Assembly (NCBI RefSeq): GCF_001194135.2
Contig: NC_068982.1
Span: 163,355,699-163,419,698, forward strand
Reading direction: 5' to 3'
Length of the DNA stretch: 64,000 bases
From: Octopus bimaculoides
Taxonomy: Eukaryota
A model generated the notes under the pieces. That model was not told the DNA's origin, did not search any database, and saw only the letters and a program-made list of their open reading frames with translations. Position numbers and translations under genes: made by a program. Shown here piece after piece: positions 25,510 to 37,530 of the stretch. Position 1 is the stretch's first letter; each line of letters begins with the position of its first letter.

Positions 25510-26169
25510 ATGCATGTATATATGAATTGGATTGCATCAGGTTAGCCTACAATCTACCATCACTCTTTTTTGTACTGCCAGTCATCACTCCCTGTCTTTC
25601 CTGCAGGCCAGTTGCTATTGGCACCCATCACTCACTCTCACCACTGTCCATTTCCATTAGTATTTATCTCATCCATACTTTCTCCCCTTCAACCATCCTC
25701 TCCTCCAAATCACTCCCTTTCAACATCATATTCTTGTTCGCTTCACCCGTATATCCTAGTTCTACTCTTGGCATCACTTTCTATTCTGTTTACCTTCCTT
25801 CTCTTGTCGTGTTACTGTGAACAAAGCACAAACTGATGAATCTCTTCAATTTTCTGGAGTACAAGACAGCCTCACAAAGACAATGTGGATTTTCAAGTCC
25901 TCTTGCTGAGGACATGTAAACCTCTATGATGCTTGTGCCACAATAAAACAGTACACACCATAGGTGATAGGAAGTCATCCAGTCATAGAAACTAAGCCAA
26001 ACATGAGACATGAGTGGGATGTTGTCCTCTGAATTACCTAGGAGAGCAGCAATTCTGAATAAAGACAAGGTTCATAACCTACCAAGCTCATACCAACATG
26101 GAAGGCAGGTATAAAATAATGATGAGGTACATCCCACCACTGCATACATATATTCAATACATATCTACA

Positions 26170-26245
26170 TACAGAACTCTAAATGCTAATAGCAGAAGAA
26201 GAAAGGTTATATGGTTTAATCCATCTTTCAGGAAGGAACATGCAC
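26170..26245 (+). mobile_element. Short Penelope-like fragment
   Basis: Translates YRTLNANSRRRKVIWFNPSF, resembling the R(K/R)IIWFNPP linker motif of Penelope ORFs; short match only. Confidence 0.4.
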
Positions 26246-26807
26246 CCTCCACTACACGCAATTCCTCACCTCCATGCAATAGCTTTACAAGAACATGGCC
26301 TCAAAAGAGTATTGTCTGCTGTACTAAAGTCTTCAGTTTATTCATACTGCCACTTAAGAAAATTCATCCTCAAAGTCTACCGGATGATATTGATTGTTCT
26401 TCTAAATAACTATGAAGCTAGTCATACATCTGCACCTTTCACCTTCTCATGCTTTATAAATATTCCATGTTGTACTTTACAAGGTTTTACAATTGCACAC
26501 ACACACACACACACATGCACATACATATATATTGTTTCTTTTTTTAGGAAAACATAAAAACGGAGAAGAAGCCATAGGCCAACAAGTCTTAGGGTCTGAT
26601 GATATGCCATAAAAATTCTCTTTATGGTGAGAAACTCAGGGTAACCCTATAAACAGGCCTTCACCAGTAATAAATAAATAAATAGATATATATATATATA
26701 AAGATAAATTAGATATAGAGATATACTATTGACAATCCAATAATTTATTTATATACATATATGAATAAATATATATATTTATATACATATATGGATAAAT
26801 ATATATA

Positions 26808-27230
26808 TTTGATGAGATGCAGTTTGGGTTTGTGCCAGGGAAAAGCACCACTGATGCTATATTTCTGGTGAGACAGCTGCAGGAGAAATACCTAGCCAAA
26901 GATAAACCTCTGTACCTGGCTTTCGTTGACATGGAGAAAGCCTTTGACAGGGTCCCCCGATCCCTTATCTGGTGGTCAATGAGGAAACTAGGGATAGAAG
27001 AATGGTTAGTGAGAGCTGTGCGAGCCATGTACAGAGATGCTATCAGTAAGGTGAGGGTTGGCAACGAGTACAGTGAAGAATTCCGGGTAGAGGTAGGAGT
27101 CCACCAAGGTTCAGTCCTCAGCCCCCTCCTATTTATCATAGTCCTCCAGACGATAACAGAGGAATTCAAGACAGGATGCCCCTGGGAGCTCCTCTATGCT
27201 GATGACCTTGCACTAATTGCCGAGTCACTA
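26808..27230 (+). mobile_element. Internal RTE reverse-transcriptase fragment, stop-free
   Basis: DEMQFGFVPGKSTTDAIF..QEKY..AFVDMEKAFDRVPR..GVHQGSVLSPLLF..ELLYADDLALIAES; both ends abut AT/CT microsatellite; it is an element fragment, not a gene. Confidence 0.92.
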
Positions 27231-27237
27231 ATATCTA

Positions 27238-27302
<65 letters not shown>

Positions 27303-27985
27303 ATAATATTAGGGACAAAATCCAATATATATATCTGTGATGGTGCAGGCATGACTGTGTGATTAAGAAATTCTCTTTCTAGCTATGTCGTCAATTTTAG
27401 TACCACTGTGCAGCATTTTGGGGAAGTGTCTTGTGGATTAACCAAAGCCTTATGAGTGAATTTGGCAGATGGAAACTGAAAGAAGCCTGTCATACACACA
27501 CACATCCACCCACACACAAGTGTGTCAGTGTCCATGTGTGCAGCTTTGTGTTTGTTTACATTTTCTGTTCTACAATAGTCACTATGAGCAGCATTGTTGC
27601 TTTCACTTTTGCTGTCAATAACTTGTCCACTCACTCAATGCCTTCATAGACATGTAAAAAAAAAAAATCCCTATTTGGAAAATAGGTGTTAGTGGCAGGA
27701 AAGATATCTGGGTGCAAAACAATGCTTCAATATATATATTCATCTAACTTGTGTTTGCATGGGGTACATGAATAATCAATGCAAGCTTTGAGTTCCGCTC
27801 AGGTGACTTTGTTACCATTCACTTTCTGAGGTTGATAAAATAAGTATTGAGAGCTATATAACTGACTACATATTCTAGAAGGTAATGACTGAGCATGGAC
27901 ACAGTGCAGTGACTGAAACCAGAAAAATGATAAAAGAATGCATATATACTCTGTGTGTGTGTGTTTATGTATACACACACACATG

Positions 27986-28097
<112 letters not shown>

Positions 28098-28282
28098 NNN
28101 NNNNNNNTGAGAAAGAGAGAGAGAGAGAGAAAGAGAGAGAGTGAGAAAGAGAGAGAGAGAGAGAAAGAGAGAGAGTGAGAAAGAGAGAGAGAGAAAGAGC
28201 AAAAGATTGGGGAGAGATATTGCATACTCTAGTAATATAAAAATATACCTATAAATGTATATATCCAAAATCAATAATGATA

Positions 28283-28985
28283 TTTTTTACACTGTGAACC
28301 GAAAAACAAAAAAAAAAAAACTGGTTTTATCAATGTTTGACTGATCAGCAGAGAAGCCACGGCAGAAAGAAATTTTTTGCACATCAATTTTTGGTTATAA
28401 GCATAAAGTTTGGTGAAGTCTGTGAAAATAATCAGACATCCTCTATGCAACTAAGAAAAACTGTTCCGGTTTTGTATAAACGCTTGAATATCACCATAGA
28501 ACTTATAATTTTATTTCAATTACTATAAAATGAAAGTGAAATAATATAAAACTACTGTAATCATTATGTCCCATCAATTCATAGCTAAGAGTGCTCAATT
28601 ATGTAACATATACATGAGAGTGAATATTAATATTATTTAAAATATATAATTTAGCATACATTTCCTAGTGTTTGAAGAAAGTGCTTAATGCAAAAGCGGA
28701 GCGTAAAGTGTATAATAAAGTAATACAAAAATACAATTAGAAATGTATTTATCTATAATCAATAAGGACATTTTTACGCTCCAGACCCTGTGTCTGGTTT
28801 TGTCAATGTATGTCTTGTCAATGGAGAGACTGAGGCAGAAAGTTTTTACAACAACTATCATATATATGCATGAAGTTTGGTCATGTCCATATAAATAATT
28901 GGACAGCTCCATAGAACAAAGAAAAACAGTTGAGGCTCTTGTGAAAATGATTGAGTATCTCTGTAAAAGTAATACAATTTTTTTC
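28283..28985 (+). mobile_element. Two tandem copies (28283-28718; 28771-about 28985) of a non-autonomous element with Helentron/DINE-1-like ends
   Basis: Both start with a T-run then tac(a/g)ct..ctggtttt(a/g)tcaatgt..ggcagaaag..aagtttggt..aataat..gaaaaac; copy 1 ends GCGGAGCGTAAAGTGTATAATAA, inverted to TTTACGCTCC at the start of copy 2. Confidence 0.45.
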
Positions 28986-29022
28986 ATTGACTATTAAACA
29001 AAATTGAAAATCGAATTAGTTT

Positions 29023-29070
29023 CTTTGCTGATGAGTCATACTTTGATGAAACCAGACATCTGGCCCAGAG
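29023..29070 (+). ncRNA. Type I hammerhead ribozyme motif with two point lesions
   Basis: CTTTG-CTGATGA-GTCA-tactt-TGAT-GAAA-CCAGA-ca-TCTGG-C-C-CAGAG: stems I, II and III all pair; U16.1 is C and C11.1 is T. Confidence 0.7.
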
Positions 29071-29104
29071 TGAAAACTATTGTTCTTATTGAGTTTGGAT
29101 ATCC

Positions 29105-30115
29105 TTACTGGCATGGATTGGATGGTTTGACTGAATCTAACAAGCCAGAGGACTATGTTGAGCTCTTATGACAGCTTTGGCATGGTTTTTATGGCTATAT
29201 GCCCTTTACAGATAGTAATGGGTGTTTTTCATGGCATCAACACTAGCAAGGTCACCAAGTTACTCACAAAACAAGATCCCCTGACAGAGTAAGGAAAATG
29301 GCATTGTGCTAAGTATTGAGAAGCTAAAATATAATAGAGAGGCAGGAAGAGGTACGTTGTAGAGAAAATAAATGGCTACTCCAGCTGGAAAGGGAGAAAG
29401 AATGGTGGAGATGAGGTATCAGGGTATACTCTCAAGGGAAAAGATGGAAGATAAAGAAAGAATAGGGACAGAGAATTGATGATCAATAAGTAGGTAAATT
29501 TGCAAGACTATGAAAGGAGAGTGATGGATGGTTAGAAATGGGGATAAAGGTGAAAGCAGGGAATGGTGAACATGGGTAGAGGTATGGTCAATGGTGAATC
29601 TCAGTTTGAGGGAAAGTTAAAGAAAAACAGGAGTGGGTCAGGGAAGAGTAGGTAATAAATGGAAATACATAAAAGGGAAGGGGAAGAACAACAGTATAAT
29701 ATAACCATAGGTAAGAAATATAGAGATGAGAAATAGAGAAATGGTGTGAAGTGTGGGGAAAGAAAGAAAATGCACAGTGACAAAGATGGAGATCAGAGGC
29801 ATGTAGGGATGGATATAGTGAATGGCAAAAATGGCTGGGGTATGTCAATAGCAGGGGAAAGGAGAATTCAGGGGGAAATAAAATGGTGAAGGATGATGTT
29901 GAGAGTGCAAGATAGGTAACAAAGGAAGTGGTTCAAAGGAAAGGACACGCAAGGGAACAAAGAGAAAATGTGTTGAGAGAAAAATGCGGGTATAAGAGAC
30001 ATCAAATGTAGTGTGCACACTACATCTGATGCCTCATATGCTAGCTTTATTTCTTTCTAGCCCTCACATGTCCTCTGCTTTCAGGGCCTACATTTCACTA
30101 CTATGTAGCATTGTT
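29105..30115 (-). mobile_element. Old RTE-family 3' region: tail, long purine-skewed UTR and decayed ORF piece
   Basis: gcatggattggatggtttga tail motif at left; reverse complement of 30016-30115 reads AMLHSSE..LER..CSVH like 20955-21278; similar UTR in opposite orientation at about 25540-26120. Confidence 0.55.
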
Positions 30116-32416
30116 GTTCAGTTATATGCATAAATATATTTCTATATTATTAGACTACTACTTATGCTCTGCTTTAGTATTGAGCACTTACACCTACCAC
30201 TTGAATGTAAGTGTAGACATATTTATTTTGAATAATATAAATATCAACTTTCATGTATGTTGATTAAATTTTATGATCATAAGTGAGGAATGCTTTAAAA
30301 AGTTTTTTTCTGTAAGTCATACATAGACAAAATGAAGGTATATGGGCAGTAGTATATATAAAAAAAAAGTCTTTTTATTGATTTTGGATACATACACCTC
30401 TAAGTATAAATTATACTAATTACACTCTGTTTTTGCATTGAGCCCTTTAGTCCAAGGCATGGAATTATATACTGAAGTATGTGTATGCAATAATATTGAC
30501 ATATCTATACATATACATATGTCTGCACATACATATTCTATTGGTCTTAGTCACTGAACTGTGGACATCCAGGGTACTTACACACACACACACACACAGA
30601 TACATATGGGAATACATACACATATGCAGATACATTATATGCATAACATATAACACACAAACTTGAGAACTCCATCTCCATATGAAGCTGCTATTGTTTT
30701 CACTGACAATCAATACACTTTATACTTTTGATTATTGTATGTCTTATAATCTCTATTATTTTCCCTTGCATAAATTGATTATTACAAATAAAGCTGTGAT
30801 TTTGTTTGTGTGGGTGTGTGTTGCATCAATGTCATCCTTGTTGTTGTTGTTGTTGTTTTTAGATTATAGATTAAAAAAAAAAAAAAACTTATTTTCTACA
30901 TTTTTTTTACTCTGCTAAAAGTAAGCTAACTAATAATAATGATGATGATGAGGATGAGAATGATGAGGATGAGGCCTACCACCACCACCACCACCACCAC
31001 CACCACTGCCACCACCACCACCACCACCACCATGATCATGATAATCATCATCATTTCTTACATTAGCAAAATAATGGTTTCTAACATTGGCAAATGATGG
31101 TGGTGGTGATGATTATGATGATGATGATGATGATAATGACAGCAGCAACAACAAAGATAGTGTAACTGAGTTGACAAAACAAAACAAAACAAAACAAAGA
31201 AACCCATACTTGATTTGCTATCTTAAGAAAGACACGGTTATTTACTCTCTCTCTCCATCTTTATCTCTGTCTCCCCCTCTCTCATTACACTACTACTATC
31301 TAATCTATACATAATCTATTTTTAGGGCATAATATCAATGATTTACAATTGGCCAGAAGAATATCACATCACAAAATTTCCACCAAATTAGCTGGATTTC
31401 AGATGTTTTTTCTACCATCGTTAAAGCTGGTTAGATCTTCATATCTCTTTTTCACCTCCATTTCATATCAAAAAAATAAAAGAAAGATGATTCTTTTTTA
31501 ATACAGGTGTTTTTGCATTAACCCCCCCCCCAAAAAAAAACTCTTCTTGTTGTTGTTGGTGGTGGTGAGGCTGTTATTCTTATCTTTGCTCATTGACAAT
31601 GAATCTTATAGAAACCAGGTCATTACAATGTCAAAGTGAACCCCAAGATATATTATTTCTGACACAGATCATTAGCAGGAATTGGAAGTGGAGGAGGTAA
31701 ATGGAGTGGTTTTAATATTTTTTGCTTGTTAAGCTGACAAGAAATGGTAGAATATTGAAGCGTCATTTCTAAAATTACTGCGTGAGGTACAAGTCTTTGA
31801 AAAAAATAAGCTTTCACATGTGTGTGTGTGTGTGTTCATTTGTTGTTTTTATGTCTATTTTACCATGTTAGCATGGGTTGGCTGAACACATAATACCAAA
31901 GTATTGTTTTTACATCTAGATGCCCTTTGTATCACTCTTACCTGTTTTTCAAGTAAGAGAATTTCCATTCCACTCATGTTCAGATGCATACATACATACA
32001 TACATACACATACAAACATACATATACACATACACACATATATAAATATATATAAAAGAAGAGTGTATAAATGTGAATAAATCACAATTATAATGGAGAG
32101 GGTTATAAAAACACTTACATGCCTAGAAATAGCAGTTAAAACCGCTATAAAGCCATTATAAACATTAATTAAGAAAAGAACTCCTGATGTTTGAATTCAG
32201 AATTTGAAGTGTGTAGATAGACATTGACACATTATTCTTGCTGGTCGGGCACATGTTAAGCCCCAAGTTTTATCTCAAATCTGCTTAATACTACAGAAAT
32301 TAGAGTTAAGTGCCAACAAAATGGATCATTGAGATGCATAGTTGGATTGTTTTTAACTGTTGACATGGAAGAGAGCAGATGGTCAAGCTAACAAGCTGAT
32401 TTGTTATTTTCATTGT

Positions 32417-32632
32417 TTCACCCTTTTGATACCAACCTGCCCGAAACTGCCCTTAGTTTTGATATAAACTTCATGCTTTAAAATGATCCCATCAAAAATT
32501 CAATGTTAATTTATGTTCCAAACACCAGCTTAATAATGCCAAAATTTATTTTACTAAATTCTTCATTATTTTCACAGTTAACTCAAACAAAGGCAGTGAA
32601 TTTCAATAGAAAGATGGTAACAAAAGGGTTAA
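32417..32632. mobile_element. piggyBac-like MITE, second copy
   Basis: TTCA|CCCTTTTGATACCA ... TGGTAACAAAAGGG|TTAA (TTAA 32629-32632); colinear with 2605-2828. Confidence 0.65.
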
Positions 32633-33624
32633 AAACAGATTAACCAATCAGGATATTCCATTTACTGAGAGTGTGATTAGCTACATTGATAGGTTACTGA
32701 AAAAGGATCAGTTGTTTGTATTCTGCTCCTGGTGCACATTGTGTTTGTTGCTAAGACACTTAATTATCATTTGGTTCATCCAGCTGCAAGTAGCTGCTGC
32801 AGATACATGAGTATAATTCCCTGCTGTACACAGTGAAAACATTGCAAAACTGAAAAGTGTTTCACTGGTTTATAGTGTTCAGTTCAATTCCCTCTCTGTA
32901 TATGTGATGAATTTATCTGTGATAAACTGAAATTCTTTTCCAAGAGAAAACTTATTTAACATCTAATCATTACTGTAATAAGTGGTAAGTGAAGACAAAC
33001 AAAGAATCCATGACAAAACATCTATCCACTGAAAGGTCTATGCCTACTAGATTGTCTGTGTACTTCTCACCTTTGAACCAATGAGAATGTTACTACATGT
33101 CCCTTGAGAAACCACCTCTTGTCTTTGATAAAGGAAGGACACATTATGGTCCTAGATATACTGTCTTGACAAGGACAGAATAGTTACTTCCACGAAACCT
33201 TTGATCATACACCTGATTGATCAGGGATGACCAGGGGTTAAACAAAAGAAAAAAAAACAAACTAAAGAAACAGCTGCTGCTGCTCCTACTACCACTACTA
33301 CTACAATTACAACTACAATCCTCACTCTCCGATTCTACAATAAACAGCTTGACCCAGGTTTTTCTTACCTCCAAAATTTCTTTGTTCTGGGAAACATACA
33401 CATGTCTATAATTCTCTTAGTAACCCCACTAACATGTGAAAGTTCAAACTGGACATTAATTAATACCATTAGCATTCCAACATCATTTGCTTACTGATCT
33501 TCATTTCTCCTCAGTCTTGGAGCAGGGGCTGATGAGGCTATTCCAAAATGAGGAATTAAGAAACAAATGATCCTAATAAACAAAAGTAGCAGCAGATGGT
33601 AACATTGTTGAGATGAGGAATTTA

Positions 33625-33953
33625 TATTATGTATATTGTTTATATTAGTTGGACTGGTGTTCTGATCTTGATTGTTGCTTTCATCACATTTTGCCTATAA
33701 TACATTCCAGCCTTCTTCTGATGTTTTGTATTGAATTTGGCTGTTGTATCAGAATTTTGGATCTAATCCTCTATTTCATTCACAGTGTACCCCAATGGAT
33801 CAAATAATTGGTTAGGTTTGAAATTCCAATACAACAACCAAGTTCAAGACAAGACACCTGAAGAAGGCTGGAACATACAACAGCTGAAATGTAGTGAAAG
33901 CCGCAATCAAGATCAGAACATCAGTCTGACTAATATAAACAGTATAAATAATA
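33625..33953. mobile_element. Inverted pair of Penelope-like terminal repeats (about 133 bp arms, 63 bp spacer) carrying minimal hammerhead motifs
   Basis: 33625-33757 pairs with 33821-33953 at roughly 80% identity by eye; right arm has CAC-CTGAAGA-A-GGCTG-loop-CAGCT-GAAA-TGTA-GTG (33855-33896). Confidence 0.7.
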
Positions 33954-35080
33954 CACATACATAACTACAAACTATATCATTTATTGAGTCAGATTTTCTA
34001 TAGCCAGATGTTCTTTCTACCACCAGCTCTCACCTGTTCCCAATCATGTAATATTTTCTAATGGCTGGGCATATTTTCTGATGGTAATATTTTCCTATGG
34101 TTCTACAGAACATGAAAAACAAATGACATCACTTGTATGACAGGCTCATTCAAAACAAGCATGTGATGTCAATACAAGCAGCAAACATACAATCATACAC
34201 ATGCAGAAACATACATATACATACATGCTTGCATACACATGTACATATTTATACAATGGGCTTCTTCCTGTTTACCAAATTCACTTATAAATTCATCATA
34301 GCCACTCTCACCCCCATAACATGGTAGAAAAATGAAGTAGTCATTAATACATAATTTATTGCATAGAATTAACAGTGTGATATTAACATAACATTAGCTC
34401 CTTAAATTCAAAATTAAGGAAAATATAACTACCAAAAACTGCAAAATAATGTTAAATAATTTTTCAATCTAAAAATAATTTTCCTACTGGGATCATCAAA
34501 TTCACTTCTGGAATCCTGAAATTTTTCCCAGGTTAAGAATTATAGTTTTAAAGTGTGTTAATTAAAATAAGCCCTACCTCCTAATTGCATGTAAGAATTT
34601 TTTTTATTAAATTATGTCCTAAATACCAAATTGATAATGTAGAAGTTAATTATTTTAGTAAATCTCTCAAACTTCTTGATTATTTTCAAAATGATCTGAA
34701 ACATAAATAATGTATTTTATTAGAAATACATTAATGAATGGGTTAACAGAGTTTGTATAATCTCCTCATGTTGCCTCCTGCCCCTTAGTCAATTTTAGGG
34801 CAGATAATACATAAAGAAAAGAAAAAGTGAGAATAACTTAGAATATCCAGTAAATTTCAATAAATAACATGGAGAATATAGCAGACACAATGAATCAGAT
34901 CAGAATGGTATTTTGTTTGTTTTTATTCTGTTAAAATCTTTGTCCAACCACTGCTTCGAATATATTGTATTATTCAAGAAACCTGTTAGACCTGGAGGAA
35001 GAGTACCAAATTGAAGCATGCTCTGACTCAATAGAATCGTGACTAAAATCTAAAATTCTCAAAGGAGAATGGAACAAAGT

Positions 35081-35160
<80 letters not shown>

Positions 35161-36399
35161 AAACAGAGAAAGAGATGAAGAGGAGTGTGTGGGGTAGGAT
35201 GGTAGGGATATAAAATGATTGAAAGAGATTGAAAGCTGCAGAAGGAAAAAAACACCACGGAAGGTTGAATTAAACACATACATTGCTTATTTCAGAAGTG
35301 ATTGCTCATTTTAATCCACCCTCTACTATTTTCTAGCTTCCTTACTACTTTTGTTCAATTTTATTCTCAGTTTGTATCTCTCCTCTTTCTCTGTCTTCCT
35401 TCATCTCCATTACTTTCAGTAAATTTTCTCACTTTTCCCCAATCATATTCCTCAACCATATTTTCTGCAACTGCTACCATAACAAGTATTTCACATAAAT
35501 ACATAGAGGTCACTGGCCACATTTCATTAAATGAGATTTGGGAATGGTGAGAGAAAACTGAAGATTCTATAAAAAAAATGTAATAGTTCAGGCAATAAGT
35601 GTGTGTGTATACACCTTTCCCACCCCTCCTCTCACACATATATAGACTTATACAGATATGGTATTAGAAATAAATAAATATCTATACATGAGCTCTTTTG
35701 AATTCTTGAAAAATTTTCTGAAGAGAAAAAGAAATAATATTAAGAAGAAATAGGTGAATTTTCTATATAAAATCACCTCCCAAGAACCTGAATGCCATAT
35801 CTTATATAAATCAAGTCAATGCTGAAATCATTTTGTTCCAAAGAATTAATTATAAATCCATTTCTCCTCGACAAGTAAACACTGCATATTTCTTTTGACT
35901 ATCTTCTTATTTCACTGTTTCTGTAAGGTGTTTGAGTAGGTTTTTGTGTTTGTCTGGTGAAGTATAAGCAACAAAAATAGTTATGTGCATTATCTGAGCC
36001 AGTAAATCTTGTGGGAAAAGGAAAAAGATTTTGTGCTATGTGAATGTACTTAGAGACAAAACCCTGACACAATATAGATGATGTGCATAAGACATTGCAA
36101 ATGGAAGAGTTTCTGCTTTGGGATTTGGAGAAAATAAATTGATTTTACAAAGGATTGAGTTAATATGAAGATTAGCTAACATGAACCAGTTGAATATTGA
36201 ACTACATATACCAGCTAAATCAGTTCAATTTCTCTTAAAAACTATACTGTTTGGGTCATGACAAGTTCTAATCCTATATCAAAGTTGAGGGAATGCTTAA
36301 TGTTTAGTTTAAAATATTGAAAGCAGCAGGCTTGAAGAAGAGCTTTAAAAAATGGAGCCAAGAAGATAAATAAGGGTTTAGGAAAGTGTAGAATATTAA

Positions 36400-36960
36400 G
36401 AGAGCTGCAAATAGCCAAGCTAACAATGTTGGACCTCCAATTGTAGTGTTGTGACTTCTATCCTTTCATCAGAACTCAAATTTCATTGTGGCCAGGGCAC
36501 TTTTAATTCTAAATGGCCCAGTCCAAAGAATAAAGGGAGTTGTAGTTGTAAAACTGATGGAAGAAGCACTGCAAAATTGAAAATAGCTTACAAGGCAGAG
36601 TTTAAGAACGCTTGTTGTGGAAACTAGTTCATACAGCATATGCTCCATAAATCTGACTTGCTCTTGCTACATTACATGAAGGAAATGAAGATCTCAATGG
36701 TGCTTATGAAATAGAAATCATCATTAGTATAAGAAATGGGAGGTGAGAGAGCAAAAATGAAGGTATGAGGATAAGTGAGTATGCCATGTGAGCTGAGGTG
36801 GTAAAGAGTTCAACAACTTCAGAATAGCAGAGATTCTTGTAGCTATGAACAGGAGCTATCGAAAGTGAAAACAACATGATTGTCATAGAGTACCGGTGAT
36901 TGTATCTCAGTTGGACAGGTTGGTCTTTGGACATGACACCTAACACATAACTAACCCAAT
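36400..36960 (-). mobile_element. Heavily decayed LINE 3' region, possibly CR1/Jockey-like
   Basis: Reverse complement gives fragments such as FQFCSASS..YNSL resembling the ORF2 C-terminus; many stops. Confidence 0.3.
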
Positions 36961-37043
36961 CTATCAGCATATAGATAGGTATATCTATACATTATATAAA
37001 TAATAATAACAATAATAAAAAAAAAAAAAAAAAATGTTTAAAT

Positions 37044-37340
37044 CTAAAAACAGAAACAATTCCTATCATAGTAGGTACCTTAGGTATAATAAAAAAATAT
37101 TCGGACAAATACATTGCAAAAACACCAGGACTTACAAATATATATAACATACAGAAAATTGCACTACTGGGCACTGCACACATCCTACACAAAACACTTT
37201 CAATACAGTAACCATAAGAACATCACAGCTAACCACAGCACATACCCAAGGCACACAGAGCTGCGCTCGGTAGTGAAGTGAAAGCATGTTATAAAAATAA
37301 AAGTACTGAACAACAATAATAATAATAATAATGATAATAA
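37044..37340 (+). mobile_element. 3' end of an R4/Dong-like element in a (TAA)n target
   Basis: Open frame 37044-37211 LKTETIPIIVGTLGIIKKYSDKYIAKTPGLTNIYNIQKIALLGTAHILHKTLSIQ*, about 100 bp UTR, (AAT)n on both sides. Confidence 0.8.
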
Positions 37341-37348
37341 TAATAATA

Positions 37349-37530
37349 ATGGCTTCAAATTTTGGCGAAAGGCCAGCAATTTTAGTAAGGAGGGGTTAGT
37401 TGATTACATTGACCCCGGTGCTGAACTACTACTTTATTTTATTAACCTCAAAAGCATGAAAGGTAAAGTCAACCTTGGTGGAATTTGAACTCTGAAGTAT
37501 GTAAAAAACCGTTAGAAATACTGTAAAAAA
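37349..37530 (-). mobile_element. tRNA-derived SINE, same family as 52893-53110
   Basis: ggcttcaaattttggcgaaaggccagcaattt..gattacattgaccccgg..aaaggtaaagtcaaccttggtggaatttgaactc. Confidence 0.7.

Noticed and set aside
33466-33510. CTGATGA-GGCTATTCC..GGAATTAA-GAAAC hammerhead-like string
   Set aside because: Stem II incomplete and no valid stem I/III or NUH site; possibly a very decayed relic
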